64,000 bases of DNA. It comes from Clostridiales bacterium UBA7001 (GTDB lineage: Bacteria > Bacillota > Clostridia > TANB77 > CAG-508). Shown piece by piece: positions 10,675-23,005 of the stretch. Position 1 is the first letter of the stretch. Each line of letters starts with the position of its first letter. The position numbers were made by a program, and so were the translations under genes. Location: the NCBI GenBank assembly GCA_002449785.1, contig DJXP01000019.1, positions 7,287-71,286 on the forward strand. The letters run 5' to 3'. The notes beneath the pieces are model-generated. The model searched no databases and had not been told where the DNA came from. It worked only from the letters and a program-made list of their open reading frames with translations.

Positions 10675-11829
10675 TTAAGATATATTTATGTTTTCAAATA
10701 TTTGCTCAAATTCTTTTTTTGATAAATCATTAACTACACTTTTATTTATAACATAATTTAATTTTTCGTTATATTCAATATCTCCTATAATTTCAAAGTC
10801 GCTAAAAACACTTTCCAAAATATTTTTATCAATCTTATATTTATTTGTTTTGTTTAATACTAATTTTATTTTTTGACTTTGTATTTCAATATCTTTTATG
10901 TAACTTTCTAAATATAAATTTGCTTTTTGCATTTCTATTAAATTTGGTTCCAACAAATACAAAATGAGATTTGAATATTCTATACATTCTTTTACTAATT
11001 TATTTTTAATATCACCTGGTAAATCTATTATTATATAATCATATATTTTTTTATATTTATTTAATCTATTAAATAAATATTCTACATTATACATCGTATT
11101 ATATTCCATATTATTAAATTCACATATTACTCCAAAGTTATTATTTATGTTTACAATTGAATTATTTTTACATTTAATTTCTAATAAATGACTAATAGTT
11201 GAACTATTATAATTTAAATCAATTAATAATACTTTTTTTTCTATGTTTAATAAGTAATTTGAAAATGTTGTAGAAAAAATGCTTTTTCCAGAGCCATTAT
11301 TTCCTGTTATAACTATTATTTTATTATTATTTTTTATATAACTGTTTTTGTCTATTTTTAATGATTTTTGATAATCTTTTATATTAGTGTTATGTATACT
11401 TTTTATAATTATTTTTTTAAATTCTTCAATATCATTTACATTATTAATCTCACTATTATTGTCAATTCTATCAAAAAAATTTTCTATATTATTTAAATAA
11501 AATATATCAAATATATCTTTACTATTTAAATAATTTTCTATATTTTGATTTTTTTCTTTTAAAAACACTATTAATTTTATGTTATCTTTCAATTTTAATA
11601 TTTTATCGATTAATTTTTTAAAATCAAATTCTTCAGGTAATGCATTACTTAAAAATATTATGTCTATATTTTTTATTTGTTCTAATAGTTCAAAAATTCC
11701 CTCTTCATATTGAATGTCCTTACCTATTACTTCATATTCTTTATATTCTCTTAATTTATTATTTATTATTGGGTTTCCAATAGCAGTAATTACTTTCAAA
11801 CTATCATCTCCATTTCTTCTTCTGAACAT
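10675..11829 (-). CDS. receiver-like N-domain fused to MinD/ParA-family P-loop ATPase (CpaE/TadZ-like architecture, atypical Walker A)
   Basis: IIVITGNNGSGKS Walker A at about residue 176; KVLLIDLNYNS (MinD A-prime-like); DYIIIDLPGDI (MinD Walker B-like); start overlaps virB4-like ORF end by 34 nt. Confidence 0.5.
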   Translation of the reverse strand: MFRRRNGDDSLKVITAIGNPIINNKLREYKEYEVIGKDIQYEEGIFELLEQIKNIDIIFLSNALPEEFDFKKLIDKILKLKDNIKLIVFLKEKNQNIENYLNSKDIFDIFYLNNIENFFDRIDNNSEINNVNDIEEFKKIIIKSIHNTNIKDYQKSLKIDKNSYIKNNNKIIVITGNNGSGKSIFSTTFSNYLLNIEKKVLLIDLNYNSSTISHLLEIKCKNNSIVNINNNFGVICEFNNMEYNTMYNVEYLFNRLNKYKKIYDYIIIDLPGDIKNKLVKECIEYSNLILYLLEPNLIEMQKANLYLESYIKDIEIQSQKIKLVLNKTNKYKIDKNILESVFSDFEIIGDIEYNEKLNYVINKSVVNDLSKKEFEQIFENINIS

Positions 11830-14150
11830 TCTATTTTTGCCAGAATATGATTATCGCCTATAAACATTAAGCTTTCTCCTCTCTTTAAAGACTTAATTTC
11901 TATTTTTTCTTTTTCAGAAATATTTGCATATTTACTTAGTACTAATATATTTTCTTCCTCTAAGGAAAAAAAAGATTTAATAGATGAATTATTTAATATG
12001 CTTTTTCCATAAGCTCCATTATCTAAACTAAACAAATCTGAAACATCTTGTGTTATTGCAACAGCACTTCCACCATATTTTCTTATTGTTTTAAATATTT
12101 TATATATAAAGCTTGCAACAAATTTATTTGATGTTACTCCTATTAATCTCCATATTTCATCTAAGTAAATTGCTTTATTTATATTTCTATCTTTTTTTAT
12201 TTTATCCCAAAAGAGTTCTGTAAACACATACATTCCATATTTTAAATTATCTTCACCTAATTCATATATATCTGCAATTATTAATTTATTATCTAACTCT
12301 ACGTTTGTATAATTGTTTAAAAATTTTAATGATCCATTTATAAAAGGGTATAATTTTCTTTTAAAAAAATCTCCACTTTCGTTGTCATCCAATTCGTAAT
12401 ACAAATCTTCCAAAATAGGCATATCACTGCTTTCCTTGAATATTTTTGTGTTTGTCTTTTCATCAAATTTATATAATGAATTATCATCAAAATTAATATT
12501 CTTTTTATTATATGTTTTTATCAAATATTCTTCTAAAATTGCTATTCTTTCTTCATCTAAATCTCCAAATACTAAACTAAAAAATCCTCTTAGTTTTCCT
12601 ATTTTAGTTGTTAAGAATCCCTTTTCTTCTTCAATACTGTCTTCTCTAATATCCAAAATATTTATATATTTATCAGATGTTGGTCCAAATTTTATACAAA
12701 TACCATCTAAATTCTCACATAATTTCGTATATTCTCTTTCAGGATCTATTATGTATTGTGACATTCCCATTATCCTATATCTTAGTATTAACAGTTTTGT
12801 ATAAAATGATTTACCTGCTCCACTTGTTCCAAATACACACATATTAGCATTTTTATACTTATTCTTATTAAATCTATCTACTAAAATTAAAGAATTATTG
12901 TATATATTTGTTCCTATAAAAATACCATTTTCATCACATATATTTGATGAAATAAATGGATATGTTGAAACTAGCGAATTCCCTAATATATTTCTTTTTG
13001 AAACATTCTTTATATCATTATTATTATTCATGAGTGGAATTGTACTTAAAAATATTTGCTCTTGCCTAAAATTTGCTTTTTTGGTTATTAAGCCATTTGC
13101 CTGTAACAAACTTTCTATTTTATTAATATTTCTTGTTAATTCTCTCTCGTTATCTGATAGTATATTTATGTATGTATAAAGAAAGTATAAGTCATCATTA
13201 TTAACTTGAATCTCTTTCCTAATATATTTCGCATCATTATATGAGTAAGCAGCAATATCAATATCCTCTCTATTGGTGTTTCCTTCTTTTAGATTTACTC
13301 CCACATTTCCAATAAAATATGTTAAATCTTTTATTGTTTTATATGAATCTTGTTTTTCATAAAAAATTGATATATTCATATTTACATTAGTATTAATTAA
13401 ATTTTTAAATATAATGTCATGGTATTCTCTATAATAATCAATAATAATTAGACCTGAATAATACATTCCGTCAATTTCTAAATATTTAGGATTTTTGTTA
13501 CTTATATATCCTGGTGACATTTTATCTTTTGTATCTAACACTCCATCATAAAAACTTTCTATATTAATTCCTCCTTATGATTTTTAAATTCATTTTTGGG
13601 TATAAAAAAACTAGTTAAAACGTCTACACAATCTTTTTTTGAGCAAACATCATAAACAATATTCCCACATCTACTTAAAGACTCCTTTATTTTAAAAAAG
13701 CATTCATTTAAATAATTATTTGCTAATTCTTCTGTTTCTTCTTTTATTTGTTTTTCATTACTCTCAATATCATACTTAACTATAATAAAAAAAATTTTTG
13801 ATGATGATTTATTTTCATCAACTTTTCTATTAATAAAACTAATATAATTTCTTATATTCTCTTTTATTTTATTATTTTTTTCATTTTCGGATATTTTTTT
13901 TAGATTTAAAAAATAAGTTGAAAGATCTTCTTTTTTACTTTGGATTAATATTTGAATACTAAAATCACATGATTTTAAAAATAACTTATACGAATTTAAA
14001 ATAGCTTCTTTTTCTAAATTTGATTTTAAATCATAATTAATAGGTTTAACTCTAATAATTTTAACATATTTATTTTTTATCTTTATAACACCATTATCTA
14101 AAATTTTTTCAAATGGTAGCCATTCTTTTGTAGTCTTTTTATGTTTATTT
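11796..14150 (-). pseudogene. VirB4-family conjugation ATPase gene split by a frameshift (N-terminal ~195 codon fragment about 13566-14150 plus 581 codon C-terminal ORF 11796-13541), with a disrupted start region
   Basis: C-fragment: Walker A FGTSGAGKSFYTK (GxxGxGKSF typical of VirB4), Walker B IYLDEIWRL (DEaW). N-fragment: KEWLPFEKILDNGVIKIKNKYVKIIRVKPINYDLKSNLEKEAILNSYKLFLKSCDFSIQILIQSK matches the VirB4/ConE N-terminal domain but has no in-frame start (RBS AAAGGAG then ATG ATA TAA in another frame). The two fragments are in different frames with a stop between them. Confidence 0.55.
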
Positions 14151-14784
14151 TTTATTATATCATCTCCTTTTTATTTTTTAATTTCATTATTATAATAACA
14201 AAAAAAGACAAAACAAATTATAAATTTATTTTGCCCCTTGAATTTTTTATATAATACAACTTTTTTTATATATTGTCAATAAATTTTTGAATATTTTTAA
14301 TTTTTTTGCCTATAATATTATTATAAAATTTATATTAGCCTAACTTAAGAGTAAATAAATATTTATAAGGTGTTTATTTATTCGAGTTAAGATATAAAAT
14401 ATTGATAAATATTAGTATTTTATGTCGGACACAAGGAGTGTATTGTTTATCCAAGAGCTTTTTTCTCAATTTTATATATAATAAATATACAGCTTTATGT
14501 TATAAGAGTTTTTATAATTGTAACAATTATAAAATAATAAAAGGTTTGAAAATATATAATACATTTGAAGTTATGATTATATTTTTATTTAAAAGTGGTT
14601 GCCTATACTCCTTATAGGACGACAGCAGCTATTTAGAGTGGATTTATAATTTAGTGATTGATTAATATATGTTATATATGGCTTATTAATATAGCAATAT
14701 GTTTTAGGTCAGACCATAATGTATTTTAGTCCAAGCTGAAAGTTAATATAAGTTTTATAATGTTAAATTATTATTTAACTGAAA

Positions 14785-14813
14785 ATAGAGGGTGAATATT
14801 ACACCCTCTATTT

Positions 14814-14815
<2 letters not shown>
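14785..14815. terminator. bidirectional hairpin terminator abutting the gyrB stop codon
   Basis: ATAGAGGGTG-aatatta-CACCCTCTAT perfect 10 bp stem followed by TTTTTAT on the plus strand; 2 nt from gyrB stop. Confidence 0.5.
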
Positions 14816-16766
<1,951 letters not shown>

Positions 16767-16790
16767 TTACTATTCTATTTTACCTCTTAT

Positions 16791-17858
16791 TTATAATTTA
16801 TTGCATATACCATTTTCTATATAAAATTTTGCATTATTTTTTATATCAATTTCATCAGTACAAGTTATTATAACTTGATTGTCTTTTATATTTTCAAAGA
16901 AATTTTTTCTTCTATTCTCATCTAACTCTGACATAAAATCATCTAATAACAGTATTGGTGTGTCATTTATTTCATCTTTTATAATTTGAAGCTCACAGAG
17001 TTTTAAAGTTAAAACCATTGTTCTTTGCTGTCCTTGTGAGCCAAATATAGAAACTGGCCTATCATTTATATAAATTATAAAATCATCTCTATGAATACCA
17101 GTAGCTGTATATCCTCTTTTTATATCTAATTCTCTTGTTTTTATTAAGTTATCTAAAAAAGTTTTTTCTTCTTTACTATTAGAAATATATTTTATTTTGA
17201 TATCTTCTTTTCCACTTTTTGTTATTAATTTGTGGAAAACATTTATGTTTTCTTCTATTTTTTCTATAAACATTTTTCTATATTCATATATTTTATAAGA
17301 ATATGAAGCAAGTTGTTCATCCCAGATATCTAACATTTCTACTTTTTTGTTTTCAATTTTTATCTGCCTTAAATAGTTATTTCTCTGCTCTAGAGATTTA
17401 TTATAAGAATTTAATAAATGAATATAATTAGGTCTTAAAGAACTAATTAGCATATCAATAAATTTTCTTCTTTTACTTGGTCCTTCTTTTATTATATCAA
17501 TATCTTCTGGAGTAAATATAACTACATTAATTTTGCCAATTACATCACTTATTTTTTTTTGTTTTATTTCATTTAAATAAAATGTTTTTTTGTCATTTAT
17601 ATCTACTTTTATTTTTCCACTTCTATCGTTTTTTTTATATATTATTTCTATACTTGAACAATCTTTTTTAAAATTTATTAGTTCATTATCTTTTTTTGCT
17701 CTAAAAGATTTTCCATATGCACATAAATAAATTGCCTCAACAATATTAGTTTTTCCTTGTGCATTATTGCCAAATAATACATTTATATTATTATTAAATT
17801 CTATTTTTTGCTCTTCGTAATTTCTAAAATTATTTAAATATAATTCTTTTATGTACAT
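16791..17858 (-). CDS. recF: DNA replication and repair protein RecF
   Basis: Walker A GNNAQGKTN at N-terminus, SMC-like signature and Walker B LLLDDFMSELD; position between dnaN and gyrB. Confidence 0.9.
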   Translation of the reverse strand: MYIKELYLNNFRNYEEQKIEFNNNINVLFGNNAQGKTNIVEAIYLCAYGKSFRAKKDNELINFKKDCSSIEIIYKKNDRSGKIKVDINDKKTFYLNEIKQKKISDVIGKINVVIFTPEDIDIIKEGPSKRRKFIDMLISSLRPNYIHLLNSYNKSLEQRNNYLRQIKIENKKVEMLDIWDEQLASYSYKIYEYRKMFIEKIEENINVFHKLITKSGKEDIKIKYISNSKEEKTFLDNLIKTRELDIKRGYTATGIHRDDFIIYINDRPVSIFGSQGQQRTMVLTLKLCELQIIKDEINDTPILLLDDFMSELDENRRKNFFENIKDNQVIITCTDEIDIKNNAKFYIENGICNKL

Positions 17859-17868
17859 TTTCTACCCA

Positions 17869-18063
17869 CTATATTAAAGTAACAAGCCATCCTAAAAATA
17901 CTTTAACGACCCACAACATAACAACTGCAATTGCAATTAATAATACAATCATACCTATATTAATTTTCTTTCCAGTTCTTTCATAAATCATTTCAGAAAT
18001 TCCATCAAACTTTTTTGTTAAATTCATATAAAAATCGCCTATTTTTTTTAAAATATCTTTCAT
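17869..18063 (-). CDS. small membrane protein (64 aa) in the position usually occupied by yaaA
   Basis: Single C-terminal TM helix IGMIVLLIAIAVVMLWVVKVFLGWLVTLI; not S4-domain like. Confidence 0.3.
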   Translation of the reverse strand: MKDILKKIGDFYMNLTKKFDGISEMIYERTGKKINIGMIVLLIAIAVVMLWVVKVFLGWLVTLI

Positions 18064-18100
18064 AATAAATTATGTTAAATTCCTTAACATATCCTCCTTT

Positions 18101-19219
18101 TTAATCTTTCATTTTTATTGGTAATATCATATAAATATAGTCTCCTGTATTATCTACTGATTTAATAATACATGGTGATCTATTTGTTCCAAATTCTATA
18201 TATACTTCTTCATCATCAATTACTTTTAAAGCATCTAAAAAGAATCTAGGATTAAATCCAATTTCTAAATCTTTTCCTTCAGTTTCAACATATAATTCTT
18301 CTTTAGCATCTCCTGTCTGATTTGCACATAAAATTGTTACTTTTCCTATTTCAATATTTATTTTTACAGGATATTTTTTTTCTTTTTCAATACTTGAAGC
18401 TGAAATTAAAGACACTCTTTCAAAACAATTTTGTAACATTATTTTATTAACTTTTATTCTTGTTTCCCAATTCTGTGGTATTGCATTAGAATATTTTAAA
18501 AATTCACCATCTAGTAATCTAGTAACAATCTTACAATTTTCCATTTCAAATAATGCTTGATTTCTTGAAATCCCTATCTTAATAGGCTCAAACGAATCTG
18601 ATATTATTTTATTAACTTCGTTTAATGTTTTTCCAGGAATTACACTACTGAAATTATTAGAAACCTTATTTATTTCAGATTTTTTTATTGCTAATCTATA
18701 TCCATCAACAGCAACAACATTTAATTTATTATCTGTTACTTCAAATAAACATCCCGTAAAAATAGGTCTATTTTCTTCTGTACTTACAGCAAATATTGTT
18801 TTTCTAATCATATTTTTTAATATTGTTTGTTCAATTTCTATTGAATTATCTATATTTATTTTTGGAAGTTCTGGAAATTCATCAGCATTCATTGTAGCTA
18901 GTTTATATAAAGATCCTTCACATTCAATTTCTAATAAATTATTTTCATTGATAGATAGTTTAATTTCAGAAGCTGGTAATCTTTTAATTATTTCACTGAA
19001 CATTGTTGCATTTACTACAGTATTACCTTGTTCTTCAACTTTTGCTTCTAATATATATTCAATTCCTATTTCTAAATCATATGAAGTTAATTTTAATTCA
19101 TTTTCATTTGTTTGAATAAGTATTCCTTCTAATATTGGCATTGTTGTTTTTGAAGCAACGCCATTAATAACGGAAGTAATACCTTTTAAGATTTTTTCTT
19201 TTTCACAAATAATTTTCAT
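18101..19219 (-). CDS. dnaN: DNA polymerase III beta sliding clamp
   Basis: 372 aa, three-domain beta-clamp pattern, immediately downstream of dnaA. Confidence 0.9.
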   Translation of the reverse strand: MKIICEKEKILKGITSVINGVASKTTMPILEGILIQTNENELKLTSYDLEIGIEYILEAKVEEQGNTVVNATMFSEIIKRLPASEIKLSINENNLLEIECEGSLYKLATMNADEFPELPKINIDNSIEIEQTILKNMIRKTIFAVSTEENRPIFTGCLFEVTDNKLNVVAVDGYRLAIKKSEINKVSNNFSSVIPGKTLNEVNKIISDSFEPIKIGISRNQALFEMENCKIVTRLLDGEFLKYSNAIPQNWETRIKVNKIMLQNCFERVSLISASSIEKEKKYPVKINIEIGKVTILCANQTGDAKEELYVETEGKDLEIGFNPRFFLDALKVIDDEEVYIEFGTNRSPCIIKSVDNTGDYIYMILPIKMKD

Positions 19220-19536
19220 TTTTTTCTCCTTTAATTTATTAATATAATTAGTAGTATTAGTATTAGGTGCTGTGGATTTAGTGGAAAACTTTTCAAATCA
19301 TTTACTTCCCTAGGAAAGAGCATGTGTAAAAATATGTTAATAAAGTTCCTTTTTTTCCACACTATTCAATATCATTTGTGAATAAAGAGTTATTAACAAT
19401 GTTTATACAGGATTTTCACAATTGAATGTGGATAACCTTTTAAGCTTTTCCGTAAGAGTTAATAGCTCTTCTTTGGTAAAAAAAATGTTTGTAAAACATA
19501 TTTTTTTGTTTATATTATTTTTTATTTATATTATTA
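19220..19536. promoter_or_regulatory. oriC, dnaA-dnaN intergenic part: DnaA boxes plus AT-rich unwinding tract
   Basis: TGTGGATTT at about 19271, AGTGGAAAA about 19280, TTTTCCACA about 19353, TGTGGATAA (perfect) about 19427; AT-only tract 19480-19536. Confidence 0.6.
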
Positions 19537-20883
19537 TTATTTATCTTCTTGGATTATGTTTTTAACACTTTCCACAATTAGTTTGGTGTTTGTCTTTTCT
19601 TTTATTTCTTTTTCTATTTTATTAACAGCATGCATTACAGTTGTATGATCCCTATTGCCGAATTCAGCACCAATTTTTGGAAATGACATACCAGCTACGG
19701 TTCTACATAAATACATAGCTATTTGTCTTGGATGAGCTATATCATTTGATTTTTTTGTTGAAATTAAATCTTTTTTATCTATATTAAAGTATTTAGATAC
19801 AACTTCTTGTATATAGTCAGCAGATATAACTTTTTCTTTTTGTAACACAATATCATTTATTGATTTTTCTGCCATTTCTATTGTTATAGGACTATGAGTT
19901 AATGATGCATATGCTATGATTTTATTTAAGGCACCTTCTAATTCTCTAATATTAGAATCTATTTTTGTTGCTATTACTGATAAAATATAATCATCTATTA
20001 TAATATTGTCTGCTTGTACTTTTTTCCTTAATATAGCAAGTCTTGTTTCATAATCAGGCATTGAAATATCTGCTAGTATTCCCCACTCGAATCTTGATTT
20101 TAATCTTTCTTCTAATAATGGAATGTCTCGAGGAGGCTTGTCACTTGATATTATTATTTGTTTTCCATTTTGATGTAAAGTATTAAAAGTATGAAAAAAT
20201 TCTTCTTGCCCCATCTTCTTTCCTGCTATAAACTGAATATCATCTATTAATAAAACATCAATATTTCTATATTTATTTCTAAATAATTCATTTTTATAAT
20301 TAGCATCTTTAATTGAATTAATAAGTTCATTTATAAATTGTTCTGATGTTACATATAAAATTTTGGTATTTGGATTGTTCTTCATTATTTTATTTCCGAT
20401 TGCATGCATTAAATGAGTTTTTCCAAGACCAACTCCTCCATATATAAATAAAGGGTTATATGCAGTTGCTGGTGATTCTGATACAGCATATGCTGCTGCT
20501 TGTGCAAACTTATTATTATTTCCAATTACGAAATTATCAAATGTATATTTGGGATTTAAAAAACTATTATTATAGTTTTCGGTGCTAGTAAAATCAACTT
20601 TTTCTGCTTGAGTATTCTCTATTTCTAATGCTTCAGATTTTTCTATAATTTTTATATCGCAAGTTTTATTTGTTATAAAGTTAAATGTGTTTGAAACTAA
20701 ATCAAAAAGTCTAGATTCTATTGCATCTTTTTGCATTTTTGAGAGTGCTACTAAAACTATTTTATTGTCGTCTACTGATTCTATTTCTAAGCTTTTTATC
20801 CATGTAGTATATGAAATTGTTGTCATTTCTTCTTTTAATAAATCTTTTGCTTTTGTAAGTAAATCATTTTTGTCTGAGTACAT
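19537..20883 (-). CDS. dnaA: chromosomal replication initiator DnaA
   Basis: AAA+ Walker A GGVGLGKTHL, Walker B LLIDDIQF, C-terminal DNA-binding domain. Confidence 0.95.
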   Translation of the reverse strand: MYSDKNDLLTKAKDLLKEEMTTISYTTWIKSLEIESVDDNKIVLVALSKMQKDAIESRLFDLVSNTFNFITNKTCDIKIIEKSEALEIENTQAEKVDFTSTENYNNSFLNPKYTFDNFVIGNNNKFAQAAAYAVSESPATAYNPLFIYGGVGLGKTHLMHAIGNKIMKNNPNTKILYVTSEQFINELINSIKDANYKNELFRNKYRNIDVLLIDDIQFIAGKKMGQEEFFHTFNTLHQNGKQIIISSDKPPRDIPLLEERLKSRFEWGILADISMPDYETRLAILRKKVQADNIIIDDYILSVIATKIDSNIRELEGALNKIIAYASLTHSPITIEMAEKSINDIVLQKEKVISADYIQEVVSKYFNIDKKDLISTKKSNDIAHPRQIAMYLCRTVAGMSFPKIGAEFGNRDHTTVMHAVNKIEKEIKEKTNTKLIVESVKNIIQEDK

Positions 20884-21230
20884 TATTATATAGAACCATC
20901 CTTTCTAAGTTGTATTATCCACAATGTTTTCCACATATGATTACGGGAGTACTGAAAATGAAAGACTTCACCGTATATTTGTTTGTGGAAAAAATAATTT
21001 TATTTTTTTGCAAACTTATAATATCAAAAATACTTTAAAATATCAAGACAAAAATTAATAAAAAAAATATGAAAGTAACAATTTTGTAATATTAAATATT
21101 AAAAATATTTCTAGATACTTGACTTTTTCTGTGAAATTATAGTATAATCTAAATTACTTTTGAATAAATGTAATAATTATATTACAAATAATAAATAAAA
21201 AAATAATTTATTTAAATTAGGAGGTGCAAA
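20884..21230. promoter_or_regulatory. oriC, dnaA-upstream part: DnaA boxes plus rpmH promoter
   Basis: TTATCCACA at 20915-20923, TTTTCCACA 20927-20935, TGTGGAAAA 20984-20992; TTGACT (21119) -18- TATAAT (21143) ahead of rpmH. Confidence 0.6.
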
Positions 21231-21365
21231 ATGAAAAGAACATATCAACCAAAAAAGAGACAAAGAAATAAAGTTCATGGTTTTAGAAAAAGAATGCAAA
21301 CTAGAGCTGGTAGAAAAGTTTTAAAGGCAAGAAGAAATAAAGGAAGAAAAAGCATATGTGCTTAA
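21231..21365 (+). CDS. rpmH: 50S ribosomal protein L34
   Basis: 44 aa [44 protein letters not shown] after GGAGG RBS; below ORF-track cutoff. Confidence 0.9.
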   Translation: MKRTYQPKKRQRNKVHGFRKRMQTRAGRKVLKARRNKGRKSICA

Positions 21366-21370
21366 AATAA

Positions 21371-21398
21371 AGAGGGCTATTAATATGCCCTTTTATTC
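21371..21398 (+). terminator. rho-independent terminator after rpmH
   Basis: AGGGC-tattaatat-GCCCT followed by TTTTATT. Confidence 0.4.
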
Positions 21399-21545
21399 TA
21401 TCATATTTTTACAAATTTAAATAATGCTAATTTCTTATATTTTATTATGTAAAAAACTAAAATTTAAAATATCTTATTTAATAATGACTGCAACTAATTT
21501 TATTATTATATAAAGTATTATGTAACTTTTTATAAAGGAATAAAT

Positions 21546-21899
21546 ATGAAAAAAACAATTATGTTAAAAAAAAATTATGAATTTAAAAATTTATTTTCAA
21601 AAGGTAAATTTTATTTTGGTGATTTTATACACTTTTATATTAAAGAAACACAATTAGATATAAATAGATTTGGAATAGCAATATCTAGGAAAGCTGGAAA
21701 AGCAGTGGATAGGAATCATATTAAAAGACTAATAAGAGAAAATTATAAACTATATGAAAAGAATATAAAAGATGGAGTAGATATTTTAGTTGTTATTAAT
21801 AAGAATAAAAATATTAAAGAAATTAGTTTTAAACAAATAGAAAATAATTTTTATAAAACTTTAAAGAAAGCTAATTTATTAATTAATTATGATTGTTAA
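21546..21899 (+). CDS. rnpA: RNase P protein component
   Basis: 117 aa basic protein with the conserved RnpA RNR-like region; rpmH-rnpA-yidD-yidC order. Confidence 0.85.
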   Translation: MKKTIMLKKNYEFKNLFSKGKFYFGDFIHFYIKETQLDINRFGIAISRKAGKAVDRNHIKRLIRENYKLYEKNIKDGVDILVVINKNKNIKEISFKQIENNFYKTLKKANLLINYDC

Positions 21900-22104
21900 A
21901 AATTTTTTTATAAAGTTAATTGAGTTTTATCAAAAAAATATTTCACCATTATTAGGCCATAGATGTAAATATTATCCTAGTTGCTCTGAATATACTAAAC
22001 AGGCAATAGAGAAATATGGCATTATAAAAGGAATAATTATTGGTGCTAAAAGAATTGTTAGATGCAATCCATTTTCTAAAGGTGGATTTGATCCATTGAA
22101 ATAG
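21889..22104 (+). CDS. yidD: membrane protein insertion efficiency factor YidD
   Basis: 71 aa with CKYYPSCSEY motif; overlaps rnpA end. Confidence 0.8.
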   Translation: MIVKNFFIKLIEFYQKNISPLLGHRCKYYPSCSEYTKQAIEKYGIIKGIIIGAKRIVRCNPFSKGGFDPLK

Positions 22105-22114
22105 AGGAGGGTAT

Positions 22115-23002
22115 ATGAAATTTTTTGCTAATTTATTTGGTTACTTATTAAATGCTATTTATGGTGTTGTAAATAATTATGGTATTGCTATTATTATATT
22201 TACACTTATACTTAAAGTTATTATGCTTCCTATATCAATAAAACAACAAAAAACTATGAAAAAAACAACTAAAATTCAAGCAGAAGCAAAAAAAATTCAA
22301 GAAAAATATAGTAATGATCAACTTCGTCAAAGTCAAGAATTAATGGATTTATATAAGAGAGAAAATATGAGTCCTTTTAGTGGATGTTTGAGTTCAATTG
22401 TTCAGTTTGTAATTGTTTTAGCTATGTTTTTCTTAGTTAGTAGACCATTAACATATATGAAACATATTGATACTAATTTAATTAATGATTATACAAACAA
22501 ATTATCAGAAAATTCTGAAGGGCAGTTAAGATATCCTGAAATTGCAATTATTAAAAATATGTCTGAAATAGATGAAAATGTTAGAATTAATATGAACTTT
22601 TTAGGATTGGATTTAAGTGATGTTCCATCACAGAATTATACTAATTGGAAAGTTTTTGTTATTCCTATTTTATATGTTATTACTTCAATTGTTTCTACAA
22701 AAATTACAACATCCTTAAGTAAAGTCAATAATAATTCAATTTCAGAAGAAAATGAAAATAAAAAAGTTGTTGAAGAAAATACAGAAAATAAAGAATTAGT
22801 TGTGAAAGAAGATAAAGAAGATAAAGAAGCTGATGCAATGGAAGAGATGAATAAACAAATGATGCTAATGATGCCGATTATGTCAGTTAGTATTGCTCTT
22901 ATTGCACCACTTGGCCTTGCTCTTTATTGGTTAGTTAGTAATTTATTAATGATTGCTGAAAGATTAATAATAAATAAATATTTTAAAAATGAGGAGGAAT
23001 AA
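22115..23002 (+). CDS. yidC: membrane protein insertase YidC/Oxa1 family
   Basis: 295 aa, multi-TM, conserved YidC core region; context. Confidence 0.85.
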   Translation: MKFFANLFGYLLNAIYGVVNNYGIAIIIFTLILKVIMLPISIKQQKTMKKTTKIQAEAKKIQEKYSNDQLRQSQELMDLYKRENMSPFSGCLSSIVQFVIVLAMFFLVSRPLTYMKHIDTNLINDYTNKLSENSEGQLRYPEIAIIKNMSEIDENVRINMNFLGLDLSDVPSQNYTNWKVFVIPILYVITSIVSTKITTSLSKVNNNSISEENENKKVVEENTENKELVVKEDKEDKEADAMEEMNKQMMLMMPIMSVSIALIAPLGLALYWLVSNLLMIAERLIINKYFKNEEE

Positions 23003-23005
23003 TAA

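Noticed and set aside
14154-14162. ATG with perfect RBS (AAAGGAGATG) at the head of the virB4-like N-fragment
   Set aside because: It is out of frame with the conserved VirB4 N-domain (ATG ATA TAA). It is interpreted as a disrupted start, not as a separate micro-ORF.
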